From positions 79,424,001 to 79,488,000 of the forward strand of contig NW_024704743.1 of assembly GCF_018977255.1 (NCBI RefSeq): 64,000 nt of DNA, written 5' to 3'. Positions 48,640 through 60,998 of this stretch are shown piece after piece (position 1 is the stretch's first letter; every line of letters starts with the position of its first letter). This DNA comes from Callorhinchus milii (Eukaryota). The notes under the pieces are model-generated. The model did not search any database, was not told where the DNA came from, and worked only from the letters and a program-made list of their open reading frames with translations. A program made the position numbers and the translations under genes.

Positions 48640-48880
48640 AGGACTGAACAATACCATTCTGGAGCTTTATGGCTGATGTCGAGACTGTACACACAAACAC
48701 TGGTCACTGCTCTGCAGGAACCTTGGCTTATCTTTTCCTTCCTAACCCTTGGGGTATTGATTACCAATTGTAGCGACTCAATTGCTGTTCCAGTTGGTAT
48801 CAGCTAACTCAGTACAAACCGGGTGAAATCTGAAACATTTTATTTAGCTTGGTCCTGTACTGGAGATGCCTTTGCCCATA
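48640..48880 (-). mobile_element. LF-SINE-like relic
   Basis: TTGTAGCG...ATCAGCTAACTCAGTACAAACCGGG matches the remembered reverse complement of the LF-SINE head (GATCAGCTAACTCAGCACAGACCGGG). Confidence 0.55.
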
Positions 48881-51149
48881 GGTCGAAGGTTTGAAATTCC
48901 GCCAAGTACTTGTCTTAAAATTTAAAATCATGCAAAATTGAGGAAAATTGTTAAATTTGGCAATGTTTTTATTTGGAAGTAGTTTATTTATAGTTCTTTT
49001 TAAATAAATTAAGACTGACTGTAGAAAGTTATGATAAAATGGTTTTACATATTAAGATTGGGTAGAATTTAGGTCTTCAGAAAAGTTCCTTCATGTAAAA
49101 ATTATCCTAATTATAATTATGTTTTAAATTTGATTTGGTAGCTTGTAAATTTAAAAGAAAACCAAGTCAAAATGACTAATGTTAATGGGTGGGCTGTTAA
49201 CAGAAAGGCCCCAGTCAATATTTGAATCTAGTTTGCAAGAACCAGTGGGAAACAGGAAAGATGTAATATGAAAATAAATGTTTTTGTATCAGATGACTGA
49301 TCACTGTCTGTTTGTGTCTCTCTGAAAACGAATATCTTCCTCTGTTCTCACTGATGTTTATCACTGCATGTATTTAAGCTGTGAAAGATGGTTTGACTGG
49401 TAAATTTCGGAACTAACTTCAATCTTTCAGAAAATGAAGATTAGGAAAAACAGAATGAATGAATTTAAACAAACAATATTTGTAAATGTACAATCCCCTC
49501 TCTCCCCATCTTGGCATCAAGCTCTGCCACTCTTAAGCGCTCCAAGTTGCTACTCCACGTGAAGGGCGCTATATAAATGTAGGTTATTGTCGTTGTTGTT
49601 GATGCTGTTAAAGTTAATACATAATGAAAAGTAATTCTACCCCTAAATACTGTATTAATATATTAAAACGTCTGGGGTCTCATAGTTAAATCAAATATAA
49701 TTGTAATATTTTTCAATAAAGAATTGGAGATTTCGTTTTCAAGTACAGATGAAACAGAGTTTGCTCTTGTTTCAATTTGCGTAACATCACTCATTGTGCA
49801 TTCTTTGCGTAGATCCTCAAATAGAACAGAACAAAACAAATCGGACTGATTTCTTTGTGCAGACAAACTGAATGGCAACCGAGAGGCATCTTAAAGTGGA
49901 GGAAGTCACTGTGAAACATGGTGGAAGGATTCTGATCCAATTCCTGTTCTAAAAGCCACACTCAAATTGCAAGGTTTTTCAACTGTGTGTTGCATTTTTC
50001 TGTCCCTTTGAATTCAATCTAACGATAAAACAGGAGTTTGTTTCTCTTGCTCATTCTTGGTTAGAATTACCTTCATTCCATCCATGCAGCATAGATTGAA
50101 TTGTGGATGGAAAATACGAGATGTGATTAAATAATTCTCACTGACAAAAATGATCACATTTATCACTCTATTGTCCTGAAGCAGGAGTTAAAATTCAGGA
50201 CACACATTGGTAATCCAGTAGATATAAGAGTAGGGTTTTAAATCCCCACTCAAATTAAGAGACCCTAACTAACACACATAAATATTCATACTTGTGCTTT
50301 TCTGAGCAGCATGTCTCAGCCAGGTGTGACGAGTGGGAGAATTCTGTGATGGAGGAGATACATTGACTGACAGCCTTAGCAAAACCTTTCGACAGGTGGG
50401 CTTCCATAGACATATACAACGGTTAGTTATTCCATTGCCCAATTTACAGGGCAAATTTAGAACATTTCCTAACAGATTTGCTTTGATAATTGTGACATCA
50501 AATCTGTTCTAAAATGTTGCAAATTACATCCTTGAAGTGGATGGGATGGATACAGGGATCAAGCAAAATGGGATCAAATAAGAAAGAGAATTGCAAAAGC
50601 AATTTTGTAAAATTGCAAGAAAGGTTCAGATGAAGAAGGTCCCTTGGGCCATTTGATTTCATCCAGAACAGCAATACTAGCTTCCTCCTATTATAGCATC
50701 ATGCTGTATCTTAAACAAATTCAGTGTCCAGGTCACAACCACTCATCCTGGTAACCCCTTTGTTTGTTATCTGTTTAAAATTGACATGTTTCAAGCAAGT
50801 TCCCTGTAAATAGTTGGGATGATCAAGTCTGAATCTTTACAAAAAACTGATGTAAAGTAAAATGTACAATGTGGGCACCCAGAGTCTGACTGGACAATTT
50901 CAGGGAAACTTATAAGCCGTGCCATGCAAATACAATGGTACATGTGCAAAATTGGAGAAGCTGTTTACAGGGAGGTGTCTTATTTTGTTTCAGTTAAAAG
51001 TAAGAGGCCTCTTTCATCTTATCAGTATTTCTTTTTTATCAGAACTACAGAATGTAGCATTATTCATAGATAAGACTTGCCACTCAGAAGATAAAAGCAT
51101 AACTCAGCTCTAAGATCATGGCTACTCTCTATCTAGATTTAGTGCATAG

Positions 51150-51430
51150 TAATAATAATAATAATAGTCATCCTGACATTGGAAACAGTGCCTTATCATG
51201 TCAGTTAAATGTCTTAAAGCGCTTTACAAGATTTACTGTAAATTGCAGTGACTGTAATTATAAGTGAACTCAGTCACCACTTTGCACTCATCAATTTCCC
51301 ACAGGCATGAAGTCAATGGCCAATTGTATCTGAATGATTATTGGCCAGGACACCAGGCGAAAATCCCTTAACTAATAGTGTTATGGCATCCACCTAAACA
51401 GGGAGATGGGACCTCATTTTAGTGTCTCAT
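51150..51430 (-). mobile_element. Deu-domain SINE fragment
   Basis: TTGGCCAGGACACCAGG and CATCCACCTAAACAGG, with an (AAT)n tail at 51150. Confidence 0.7.
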
Positions 51431-51433
51431 TCA

Positions 51434-51749
51434 ACCTTAGGCAACTTTCCTTATTCCACACTCCTCTGTTTACCTAGCAATAAATTGGAACCCGGTTGTT
51501 AATTGATTGATGGATTGCATTCCCGGGTTAATAATCCTTTCAGAAAAAAATGTGTTCACTCAAACCATGATTGTTTGTGGGACACTGCTGTGCCCAATTG
51601 TCTGCCACATTTCACCCACAAAATATATAGTGAATCCACTTTACAATATATTCTGTGAAGCGCTTTGAGACTTCTCAACAATGTGATAAGGCGCTATATC
51701 AAATGCAAGGATTATTATATTATTATATCAAATGCAAGGATTATTATTG
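51434..51749 (+). mobile_element. tRNA-SINE long variant, headless, with duplicated tail
   Basis: Begins at ACCTTAGGCAACTTTCCTTATTCCACAC. TATATCAAATGCAAGGATTATTA occurs twice in tandem. Confidence 0.85.
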
Positions 51750-51799
51750 TATAATGCAATGCTGTGATCTTAACAGCAGTTTTGGTACATTTATTTCTA

Positions 51800-51962
51800 T
51801 TCAGGTAAGCAAGAGTTGTCCCTCCAGGGAGAGAGTACGCATCCCATTCCAGATACAGGGAATGTGTATGTAGCATAAATTTGTGGAATTCTCTGTCTGG
51901 TTTGGATACTCTTAAGCATGATTATGGATTTCCACACGTGTCAAACATCTGGCTGACTAAAT
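51800..51962 (+). repeat. Unclassified repeat, copy C (3' end only)
   Basis: GTAAGCAAG..TCCCTCCAGGGAGAGAGT..GGTTTGGATACTCTTAAG..GTGTCAAACATCTGGCTGACTAAA matches 46470-46640. Confidence 0.75.
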
Positions 51963-52009
51963 CAAACAAATAATTCTAAGAACCATTTGTGCCTTATCAG
52001 TGTGGGGAA

Positions 52010-52225
52010 TCATAGAATCTTGCAGCACCGAAGGAGGCCCAGTGTGTCTGTAGCAGCTCTTTCAAAGAATTACCCAATTAGTCCCACTCCCCTCTCTTTT
52101 CCTATAGTCTTGCATTTATTTTATTTTCAAGTAAATATCCAATTTCCTTTTGAATGTTATTATTAAATTTGCTTCCACCACCCTTTCAGGCAGTGCATTC
52201 CAAATCTTAACAACTCACTGCATAA
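52010..52225 (-). mobile_element. CR1 3' end
   Basis: CACCCTTTCAGGCAGTGCATTCCA is the reverse complement of WNALPERV. Confidence 0.8.
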
Positions 52226-52699
52226 AATAGAGTAGAATAAGTAGAAACTTCTGGTTTTGCATTTGAACAGATTTCTGTCAAAACAACATGAAAAAATTAC
52301 AATAAGAAGTATTGCAAGTAGGTGAAGTTCCACATTGGTGTCAGTGGCAAAAGGCCATTGTGACTTTCAATCTTGGAGTACAAGTTTGCACAGGATGTGT
52401 CAAACAGACAAAATGTTCTGAAGTGCAAAATCTACCCAAACAGCTTTATTCATTGTGTTTAAAATACCATCAGTGCACACATCCTCTTGGTGGGGACAGC
52501 TTGAACTGTTCACCTCCATTTCTACTATACAGTACACTGAACCAACCTGCACCTAACCTATAAAGATTTTGACAAGCAAGGCGACAACATCAATCTCAAA
52601 ATAAAAGACAGGAATTTATGATGTCCTTCTCAATTTGCATTAAAATTCATACACAGCAAGAATAGTAATAATGGCACTTCTGGCAAGTGATAGTGGCTA

Positions 52700-53455
52700 A
52701 AAAGACTCGATTTGATGTGACAGATGAGGTTTAATGAAGCGAAATGTGAGGCAATTAATTTATGCAGAAAAACGAGGGAAGGAAGCGTACATTGAATGGC
52801 AGTATCTTGCAAGGAGCAGAGGAGCAGGCACATAAGTCATTTAAAGTAGCAGTACAAGTGGAAAAGGCTGTGAAAAAGTTAATGGATTTTTTTACACAAG
52901 TGTGGCAAAAGAGTACAAAAGTAAAGCAGCAATGCTCAGCTTCTACAAATCATTGGTTAGACTACAGCTGGAGTACTGAGTTTAGTTTTGGGCACCTCAC
53001 TTCAGGAAAAATGTTAAGGCTTTGAAGGGCATACAAAAAGGAGATTTACAATGATACTAGAGATGAGACCTATAGTTATGAGTAGAGATTGCAGAAGTTG
53101 GGTCTGTTTTCATTGGAGCAGCGAAGGTTGAGAGGGGCTCTGATAGAGATGTACAAAATTATGAGGGGTTTTGACAATGTGAATAGGGAGAGGCTATTTC
53201 AATTGATAGGGTGACCAAATATAAGAAGTGTGAAAGGATTATTTTTAACACAGAAGGTTGTTGGCAGTGGAATACCAACACCATTTTGAGTTTCAAGAGG
53301 GAAGAAGACAAGTATATGAAGGATAGAGGCTTGAAGGGGTAAGGGAATAGGTCAGGTCAGTGGGATTGAATGAACAGCTTGTTCTGTGAGCCAGTACAGA
53401 CTCGATGGGCTGAATGTCCTCCTTCTGCCCTGCAAATTTCTATAAGTCTATGATT
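52700..53455 (+). mobile_element. CR1 LINE fragment
   Basis: CAGATGAGGTTTAAT..AAATGTGAG, CAGCTGGAGTACTG, and the GGGCTGAATGTCCTCCTTCTG tail. Confidence 0.85.
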
Positions 53456-53714
53456 CATTTTAATGGATGAAATAATGGATGGTTATTTGGTGTTATGAAT
53501 TGTTGTCTTTCACTTTAGTTGACAATCAGAGTTCAGCTTCTATTCTGTGTAATGGCTCAATTCTGGGCAGTGATGATAATAATAATCCTTGCCTTGCATT
53601 TCTCTATAGAACTTTTTACACCAGGAAGATGTCCCAAAGCACTTCACAGGATACATTGTAAAGTGGAGTAACTGTGCGTTTTGAATGTCAAACCATTGTA
53701 CTGAAGATGCTGTA

Positions 53715-53736
53715 TGTGTGTGTGTGTGTGTGTGTG
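53715..53736. repeat. (TG)n microsatellite
   Basis: A run of about 11 TG units. Confidence 0.9.
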
Positions 53737-54254
53737 TCTCTACCTAGTGTGCTCACGTCGGGATGTCTTTCCGACGTGAAAGGTGCTATACAAATGTAAT
53801 CTTCTTGTATCTTGTTGTAGTATGGAAATGTACCTTACAAATTAGAAAAGGCACAGTACCCCTGGCACAGGGCACAGATGTAACCCATCGTCTGAGCTAA
53901 GTTATCTCGTAGGAGGAATGAAATCCTGAGAGTGGCAAACACTGAGGGGATGCAACATTGAAGCGCTGGGAGGATTCAACACAACGAGGAGATGTTGTAT
54001 TTAGATTTCAACATTGAGAGAAGGAAGAATGTCTTTTGTACCATAATTGAAGCTAAGGTTAAAGTGTGGGTCATAATCAGGAATTTTCAAGGACTGCAAA
54101 AGCTTAGATCCAGTAGAGAGAGGCTGGCTGAATATGATGAGAGGTGGGGTTGAGAGGCAGGGCTTGACAGAGAACTGAGATGGGGGCAGAGTTTGATTGG
54201 GAGCCAGGGGTACTGGATTGGATTTGACAGGAAGGCAGGGGCATTGATATAAAC

Positions 54255-54346
54255 ACACATTGGGAATATGCAGCAGGTCAGGCAGCATTCATGGAGAGAG
54301 AAAAATTAGTTAACATTTCAGGTCTATGACCTTTTGTCAGAACTGT
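54255..54346 (-). mobile_element. PLE terminal-repeat remnant with hammerhead-like motif
   Basis: The minus strand of 54308-54344 reads AGTT-CTGACAA-A-AGGTCATAGACCT-GAAA-TGTT-AACT. The flank matches 40875-40925. Confidence 0.7.
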
Positions 54347-54454
54347 GCATTGAGTTTGACAGGGAGGAGGGGGTTGGGGCGTTAGGTATAGATTGGGGGG
54401 AAAGTGAGGGAAGCAGGGTGGAGCCTGAATTTGAGGTGGAACCAGTAAATTGAG

Positions 54455-54808
54455 ATAATAATAATAATAATAATAATAATCCTTGCATTTAATACAGTGC
54501 TTTATCACATCTTCTAGACGTCTCAAAGCACTTCACAGAATATACTGTAAAGTGAATTGATGGTATATTTTGTGGCGAAATGCGCAGCTAATTGCACACA
54601 GCAGTGTCCTGCAAACATTAATTGACCAAATTATTATTATTTTGTTTATTATTTATTTGTCTTTTTTAAGGGGATAATTACCCCTGGAAATGTGATACAC
54701 CAATCGACTAACAACCGGGCTCCTACCCACAGCTAGACAAACAAAAGGACTAAGGAAACATGCCCAACGTTTTGCCCTGCCTGGGAATCGAACTAGGTCC
54801 TCTCGCTT
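54455..54808 (-). mobile_element. tRNA(Ala)-derived SINE, long variant
   Basis: (AAT)n tail and GCCCTGCCTGGGAATCGAAC (reverse complement of the B box). Confidence 0.85.
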
Positions 54809-55047
54809 GGGGTTACCATTTTCACTGTTAAGATTAGGATCTGATGGGAGTGAACAGGGTCAAGACAAAACTTCTAGTTCTTTATTATGACAAGCATTCA
54901 CAAAGGCTGCTTTCTCAAAGACTGGTTTAAATAATGCACTCCTTTAAAAGGTGCGATTGTTCCCTTATTCCCTGGAGATGCCCACTCCAGAGAAAGCTTG
55001 TGGGATACAACACAGAAGTAAGAAGTAAGAAGTACTCTAATGACACA

Positions 55048-55360
55048 ACATAGGAACATAGGAACATAGGAACAGGAGTAGGCCATTCAGCCCCTCAATC
55101 TTGTTCCATCATTCTACTAGATCAAGGCTGATCTACACCTCAACTCCATTTAACCGCCTTTGCTCCATATCCCTTGATACCTAAAATCTATCCACCTCAG
55201 CCTTCAAAATTTGAATGGATCCAGCATCCACAGCCTTTTGGGGGAGAGAGTTCTAGATTTCCACTACCATTTGTGTGATTTTACCCCTAAATGGTCTAGC
55301 TCTAATTTTAAGATTGTCCTTCCTTTTCGGGATTCTCCCACCAGAGGAAATAGTTTCTCT
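55048..55360 (-). mobile_element. CR1 3' end
   Basis: (ACATAGGA)3 tail followed by ACAGGAGTAGGCCATTCAGCCCCTC. Confidence 0.88.
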
Positions 55361-56436
55361 ATATAAATAGTTCTCTGTATAACTCTGGGGGTTTACAATA
55401 GTTCTGGTATTGCTTTGTTTCATAGGAATAACAGAGGAAAGACCAGAAGGTCAGTAATTGAATCTCTTGTCTATCCTTTCGTGATTTGCTGGTTAAGCCG
55501 TTCATAAAACAGCTCCTAAGTAATTATTATATTAAAGATTGAAAGCAATGATTTATTTTTCAACAGTCCCACAGGCAAATTTCCTAACAATTTGTTTATA
55601 GAAGATTTTGCTCTTCATGGCTTAAGCATTCAGTGATATTATAATTATAATTGGCATTAGTTGATCCTCAACTAGTCATGAGGGAAATTCTTTATAGTGG
55701 GTGCCTTATTGATACCCAGAGCAAGTAAATCCTGACTAAGGGGCCTTATTTTGTGGGACAATCTGGTAAATTAAATGGTTTGATTTTCATCAGTGCCTCA
55801 GTTATCAGGCTTGTTCTATCAGTCCCAACATCCATGCACACTAGAGGCTTATCAATGGGAACTTCTTGCTTGCAAACAAAATTCTTAACAACAAAAGAGC
55901 CATTAAATTGATTCACACAGGAGGGGCCTGTCCACTTGATCATGATTCACTCCATAAAAGTACCAGAGTGAGTCGGGAGAACTGAGTTTATCAGTTTAAA
56001 AAACACAGACGGTAAAAGGTCACTGGCTATCTTACAATGGTTCAGTGCAGATCAGAGGTGCAGATCAATGTTGTAACAACACACTGACTAGAAGAGATCC
56101 TTTATCCAGGGTCTCCTACTTCCTTTTCTTGGAATATTTAATGATCGTGGCCAGGAAGGGGGATCTGTGGTTTGCAAGGAAAAATTAGCTTCCCCAAATC
56201 TCTCCCAGCACCTTGGGCTTTGTGGTTGGAGCTGGCGGTCTGAGAACATTTCTTTAGACTTTTTGAGACAGTGGCTTTGCTGTGCTGTCATCACAAGCGT
56301 AGAATAATCAGTTAAAATGAGGCCGGTAACTGGGAAGTGAGGTTGGGAAAGAGGTCCTGCTGGGGGAAAAAAATGGCTCCTTCCCTTCTTCTTTGCCTGC
56401 CTGTCTGCCTCCCTCGATTATTTCCTCGCTCGTTCA

Positions 56437-56770
56437 CAACAACAACAAATTGTATTTGTACAGCACCTTTCACTTCAGGAGGATGCCTCATGGTGCTGGA
56501 CAGTGAAGGGTTTGCATTCGAGATAGGGGTTGGAATCAAGAGGGTTGGAGAGAAGGGGATCGGGATGGGAGTGGCTGGAGGCATGGTCAAAGAGAAAGGT
56601 CTTAAGATGGGCCTTGAAGGAGGTAAGGGAGGGGGCGAGTCTGAGAGACTCTGGGATGGAATTCCAGAGGGTGGGGGCTGAAAGGCTGAAGGCCTAACAG
56701 CTAATGGTGAAGCACCCAGATGGGGGACATGGAGCAGACCAGTGCCTGCTGAGCGGAGAGAGCAGACCAG
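56437..56770 (-). mobile_element. L2 3' fragment
   Basis: (CAA)n tail and GGGATGGAATTCCAGAGGGTGGGGGCTG (reverse complement of APTLWNS). Confidence 0.85.
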
Positions 56771-56934
56771 TTGGTGTCAATGAGAATAAGTTTTAAGGAC
56801 ACTTCTAAACCCCATTTTCTGTCTATGAGAATTAACAGCAGTGATAATGATCACATCACACAATGCATTTTTCTTCCCATAATCTGATTTGTTTCTGTCA
56901 AAGTCTAGGAGCACACATCATTTGTTGAAAGCTG

Positions 56935-57120
56935 GAGGTCTGTCTCAAAACCTTCCTTTTTGTCCGAGCCTTCAGCCACACTCCCACCCCCGTTGGCCCT
57001 ACCCTTCAACCCTCTTGACTACAAGCCCCAGCTTGGGTGCAAGCCCTTAACTGTCCAGCCCTTGGGGGGTCCTCACGATGTGAAAGGTGCTATATGAATG
57101 TAATTTGTTTTTGTTGTTAT
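56935..57120 (+). mobile_element. L2 3' end
   Basis: CTCAAAACCTTCCTTTTT...GAAAGGTGCTATATGAATGTAATTTGTT. Confidence 0.8.
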
Positions 57121-58529
57121 TGGAAGGCACAGTCTATTTAAGTGATCCAAACTATGATCCAAACTTTGATCCAAGTGGGAAGGTCTCTGATCCTGTTAAT
57201 GTGGTGTTTGACTGCATCTTGGCTCAGTGTGTCAGGGGGCCCAGATAGGCGTCTCTCTCTGGCTCAGTTCTCGTTGGTGACCCAGACACTATTCAGAGAG
57301 CGGAAGTAATTGAACCACGAGACGATAGTGACCGTAGCTCAATGACATTCAATCTGACTTGGCAAACCTACAATAAGCACACAACAAAATAATTAATGTC
57401 ACATCTTCCTCAATTAAGAAACACTTACTTTCATGTCCTGGCCAACAATCCCCCAACATCCCACAAAATGGGTCATTCGCAATATGACTGTTTGTGGGAC
57501 ATTATTGTGTGCAAGTTGACTTCTGTGTTCTCCCACAAAATGCACAGTGACTGCACTTTACAGTATATCCTGTGATGTTCTTTGAGACATGCTTCCAAAG
57601 TGAAAAGGGCTATACCAGATGTTAGGATTATTATGCATTGTTGGAACAGGGTTAAATGTATGTCATATTTATGTATTTATGGAAATCACCCCAATTTAAA
57701 ATGTGTTCTATTATCGAGGGAATTTTTTTTTGAAATTTTCACTACTTGTTTGACTTTTATGAATCGACCAGTCATTACAGTTTGTTCTGTGGAAAAGGGA
57801 GGTTCCTTTCTTCTACATGTACTTAAAATAGATAAACTGAAACCCTGGCTGGCTGGCTGGACCAATGGTGGTGGTGGTAGAGGTGGGGTGGGGGGGAATA
57901 GATCTAGTCTGGTGAGGTAGAATTTCCGGCTATGTGTAGTTACAATGGCATTTACTGTCCTTTTTCTGCACCGTCTTTTATCAGTGCATTGTAATGGTTT
58001 GAATTCCATGAGTAGAAGATGGCGAACAAGTTATCTTCTTCTCGCGGATTCAACCTGATTCAATGTCATTATTCCTGGCCACTGAAGGCCAGCAACCATG
58101 GTGAGGTGAGCTGGCAAGAGTCTACGTGAACGCAAACACACAGAATTTAAAAAAAAAAAACATTTTGTCCAAGTTCCGGCTAGGTCCAAATTCTGGATAT
58201 ACGGAGTCCACTAAGCCAGGGGGTTGATTGTACTTGACTGATCAAACTTGGAGATTACTTATCTGTATCATAGGTCTGGAAGTTGAAATGTTTAACTGCT
58301 GCCTCATGGTGACCTGTAAATCATTACTGCCCTCACTGGAATATTTGTCAAAGGGGAAGTTCTCTTTGATCTTGCAAACAGCATTGGTGATTTGATTTTG
58401 ACAACAAAAGCCCCAAGGCAAAGAAGGAAAATAAAGAGCCATATGACTTCTTTTCGATTAATTTTACATGAAACTGCAATATTCAGTGTGTTACATATCG
58501 TCGCTACCAGATAAACACTAAAACTCCAT

Positions 58530-58978
58530 ACCCGCATCTCACCAGTTCTGGCTAGGCTCCACTGCCTCCCCATCACTGAATGGATCGACTTCAAGATCCT
58601 CACACTCGTGTTCAAATCTCTTCTCTCTTTGGCACCTCCCTACCTCTCCGACCTCCTCACTGCCCAATCTACCACCTGGCGCCTCCGCTCGACTGGCACC
58701 GACCTCCTGCTTGTCCCTTGTGCCCTCTGCCCCACCATAGGAGGTCGTGCTTTCAGTCACTACGCCCCGAAACTTTGAAACACTCTCACTCAATCCCTCC
58801 GCCTTTTCCTTTCTCTCCCCTTTCTCAAGTCCCACCTTAACACTTTCCTTTTCGACCGTGCTTACGGTCAGCCCCCATCACCCCCACTCCGGCTTGGAAT
58901 CAGGCTCCGCCATTGTTAAGTGCTCTGAGACACTGCCCTGTGTGGAGGCGCTATATAAGTGAAAAATTGTTGTTGTTG
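58530..58978 (+). mobile_element. L2 3' fragment
   Basis: CTGGCTAGGCTCCACTGCCTCCCCATC..TTCAAGATCCTC, with a TTGTTGTTG tail. Confidence 0.9.
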
Positions 58979-60159
58979 AAATGCCACTGTGTTGGCAAAT
59001 TTAATGGCTTTGAGTTCACAAACATGGACAGCACCAAAATTTTTAACAATGTGATAAATATCATATTGAATGTCGCATTTTTACTCCATGGTATTTTTGA
59101 TATATACGTGTAAATGAGTGCGTGAACCTGGAAATGATCAGGTCATGTACCTGTCCTTTAGGATCATTTGCTTCATCTGCCAAGCACTAGACAGATCTTA
59201 ATGGTTATAGTTTATATCCAATGACTCCGAACAAGTACGTGAATGCTTACACAAATCTGGTTTGGTTCAGAATTTAAACTCTGCATAAAAAGAAGTGGAT
59301 TAGAGTATTAAAATGCTGAACAGTTTGCTCAAATATTGTGAAATATCAACATCAAATCTCTCAATTTCAAATAAATGAAGGAAGGTTGAGGCAAAGCTAA
59401 CAAATGTCAACATTTTTTTATTGCAAATAACTTCTTGAATAGATCTGTGAGTCTAAGCTTTCATACAAAGCAATTCGGGAACTTCAAACTGAAACTGATT
59501 ATAGGGTGGCTCATTTTACATGCAGCGTGACTTTCTCATTAGATGGAGCTGTTGACCCATCTACAGAGTAGTGCTTGAGTTTCTATAAGGAAGGAAGTCA
59601 GGGCACCCTGAGTCCTAAGCTTACTGCAATTGGGAGCTGGCACAAAGATTACAAAATAACACAATCATATAATCAATAAGTATGATGTACTATTGATTAA
59701 TCCGTATAGGACAGTAAAAGCTCTTCTATTGCTACACCTCACTGTGCCACACAAAGTATATTTTTTTCTATTTGTTCAAAGGAGATACAAAGGAGTTAAA
59801 AGAAGTGCCAAAAATGTTCTGAACAGGGTTATCAAGTGTTTATATGCCGGAGGTAAGGTATTTACAGCTCAACTCTGTTGCTGCCTCCTGAATTACTGAC
59901 CGCCAAATTTAAACCAAAATGCCAAATTGCGTGTAGATAAGGCAACATACGGTAATAGCCTACATTATACCACACACATTATTCCCACTTGACTGCAAGC
60001 AGCAATACCAGAAGAAATAAAGATAGGTCCAAAACATTGCTATAAAAAGGGATGCCTGAGGCAGTCAGTCGGCCCGTGTAAATGACACTGGGTCAACTCA
60101 TTGATAGTGTCGAGATGGAACTATGAAAGAGTAGTGTTCTATATATCCCCCTGGAACAT

Positions 60160-60325
60160 ATTTGCCCTGCAGTCACTGTGTGAAAGAGAGGTCCACAGGA
60201 GGTTCAGACTCAAGAAGCAGGACATTGTCACCATCTGTCAAGTCCAGATCTGGAATCGCACTTCATATTTGCCACAAGCCACTCATTGTCAAAGTGACAA
60301 CCAATATATATTGGCAACATCAGTT
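60160..60325 (+). mobile_element. PIF/Harbinger transposase N-terminal fragment
   Basis: SLCEREVHRRFRLKKQDIVTICQ, then after frameshifts PLIVKVTT..LATS. This resembles the HARBI1-type pattern (D/E)EE..RRFR(L/F)...IC...(A)LPV.VKVT.AL.F.A(T/S)GSF. Confidence 0.55.
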
Positions 60326-60398
60326 TATAACCACAGACCATTTGCCACTGATAACCTAAGGTTAGACAGATACATTGCAACAGTAATGGCGCAACACA

Positions 60399-60998
60399 GA
60401 GTCCTGTAGTGCATTGGTTAGAGCACTTGCCTCACAACGGAGAGGACCCAGATTCGATTCCCCGGCAGGGCAAAACCTTAGGCAAGTTTCCTATTTCTCC
60501 ACATGCCTCTGTTTACCTAACAGTAAGTAGGAACCAGGTTGTTTGTTAATGGGCGGATCGCTTTTCTGGAGGTAATAATCCCTTCAACAAATAAATAAAT
60601 AATGATAATTTGTTCACTGAATCCACGACTATTTGTGGGACACTGCTGTGCACAATTGACCTGCTGCGTTTCGCCCACAAAATGCACAGTCAAAACACCA
60701 AATACTGCAGATGCTGGAAATCTGAAACAAAAACAGAGAGAGCTGGGAACACTCAGCAGGTCAGGCAGCAGGTCAGGTCAACATTTCGGGTCCATGATGA
60801 AGTGTCGTGGACCCTTCATCGAAATGTTGACTCACTTTCCTTTCTCCATAGATGGTGCCTGATCTGCTGAGTTTTCCCAGCTCTCTCTGTTTAAATACAC
60901 AGTCAATTCATTTTACAATATATTCTGTGAAGCACTTTGAGATATCTCAATGATGTGATAAGGCACTCTGTCAAATACAGGATTATAATTATTATTAT
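60399..60998 (+). mobile_element. tRNA(Ala)-derived SINE, long variant, interrupted at 60694-60892
   Basis: The head is GAGTCCTGTAGTGCATTGGTTAGAGC. The body resumes after the insert. Confidence 0.88.
60694..60892. mobile_element. Palindromic non-autonomous PLE-derived element
   Basis: 40-bp inverted arms at 60731-60770 and 60853-60892 (3 mismatches). A 14-bp TSD AAAT(G/A)CACAGTCAA lies at 60680-60693 and 60893-60906. The arms match the PLE end at 40880-40925. Confidence 0.85.

Noticed and set aside
49060..49642. MITE bounded by GGGTAGAATT/AATTCTACCC
   Set aside because: There is only a 10-bp inverted match and no clear TSD, which is insufficient support.
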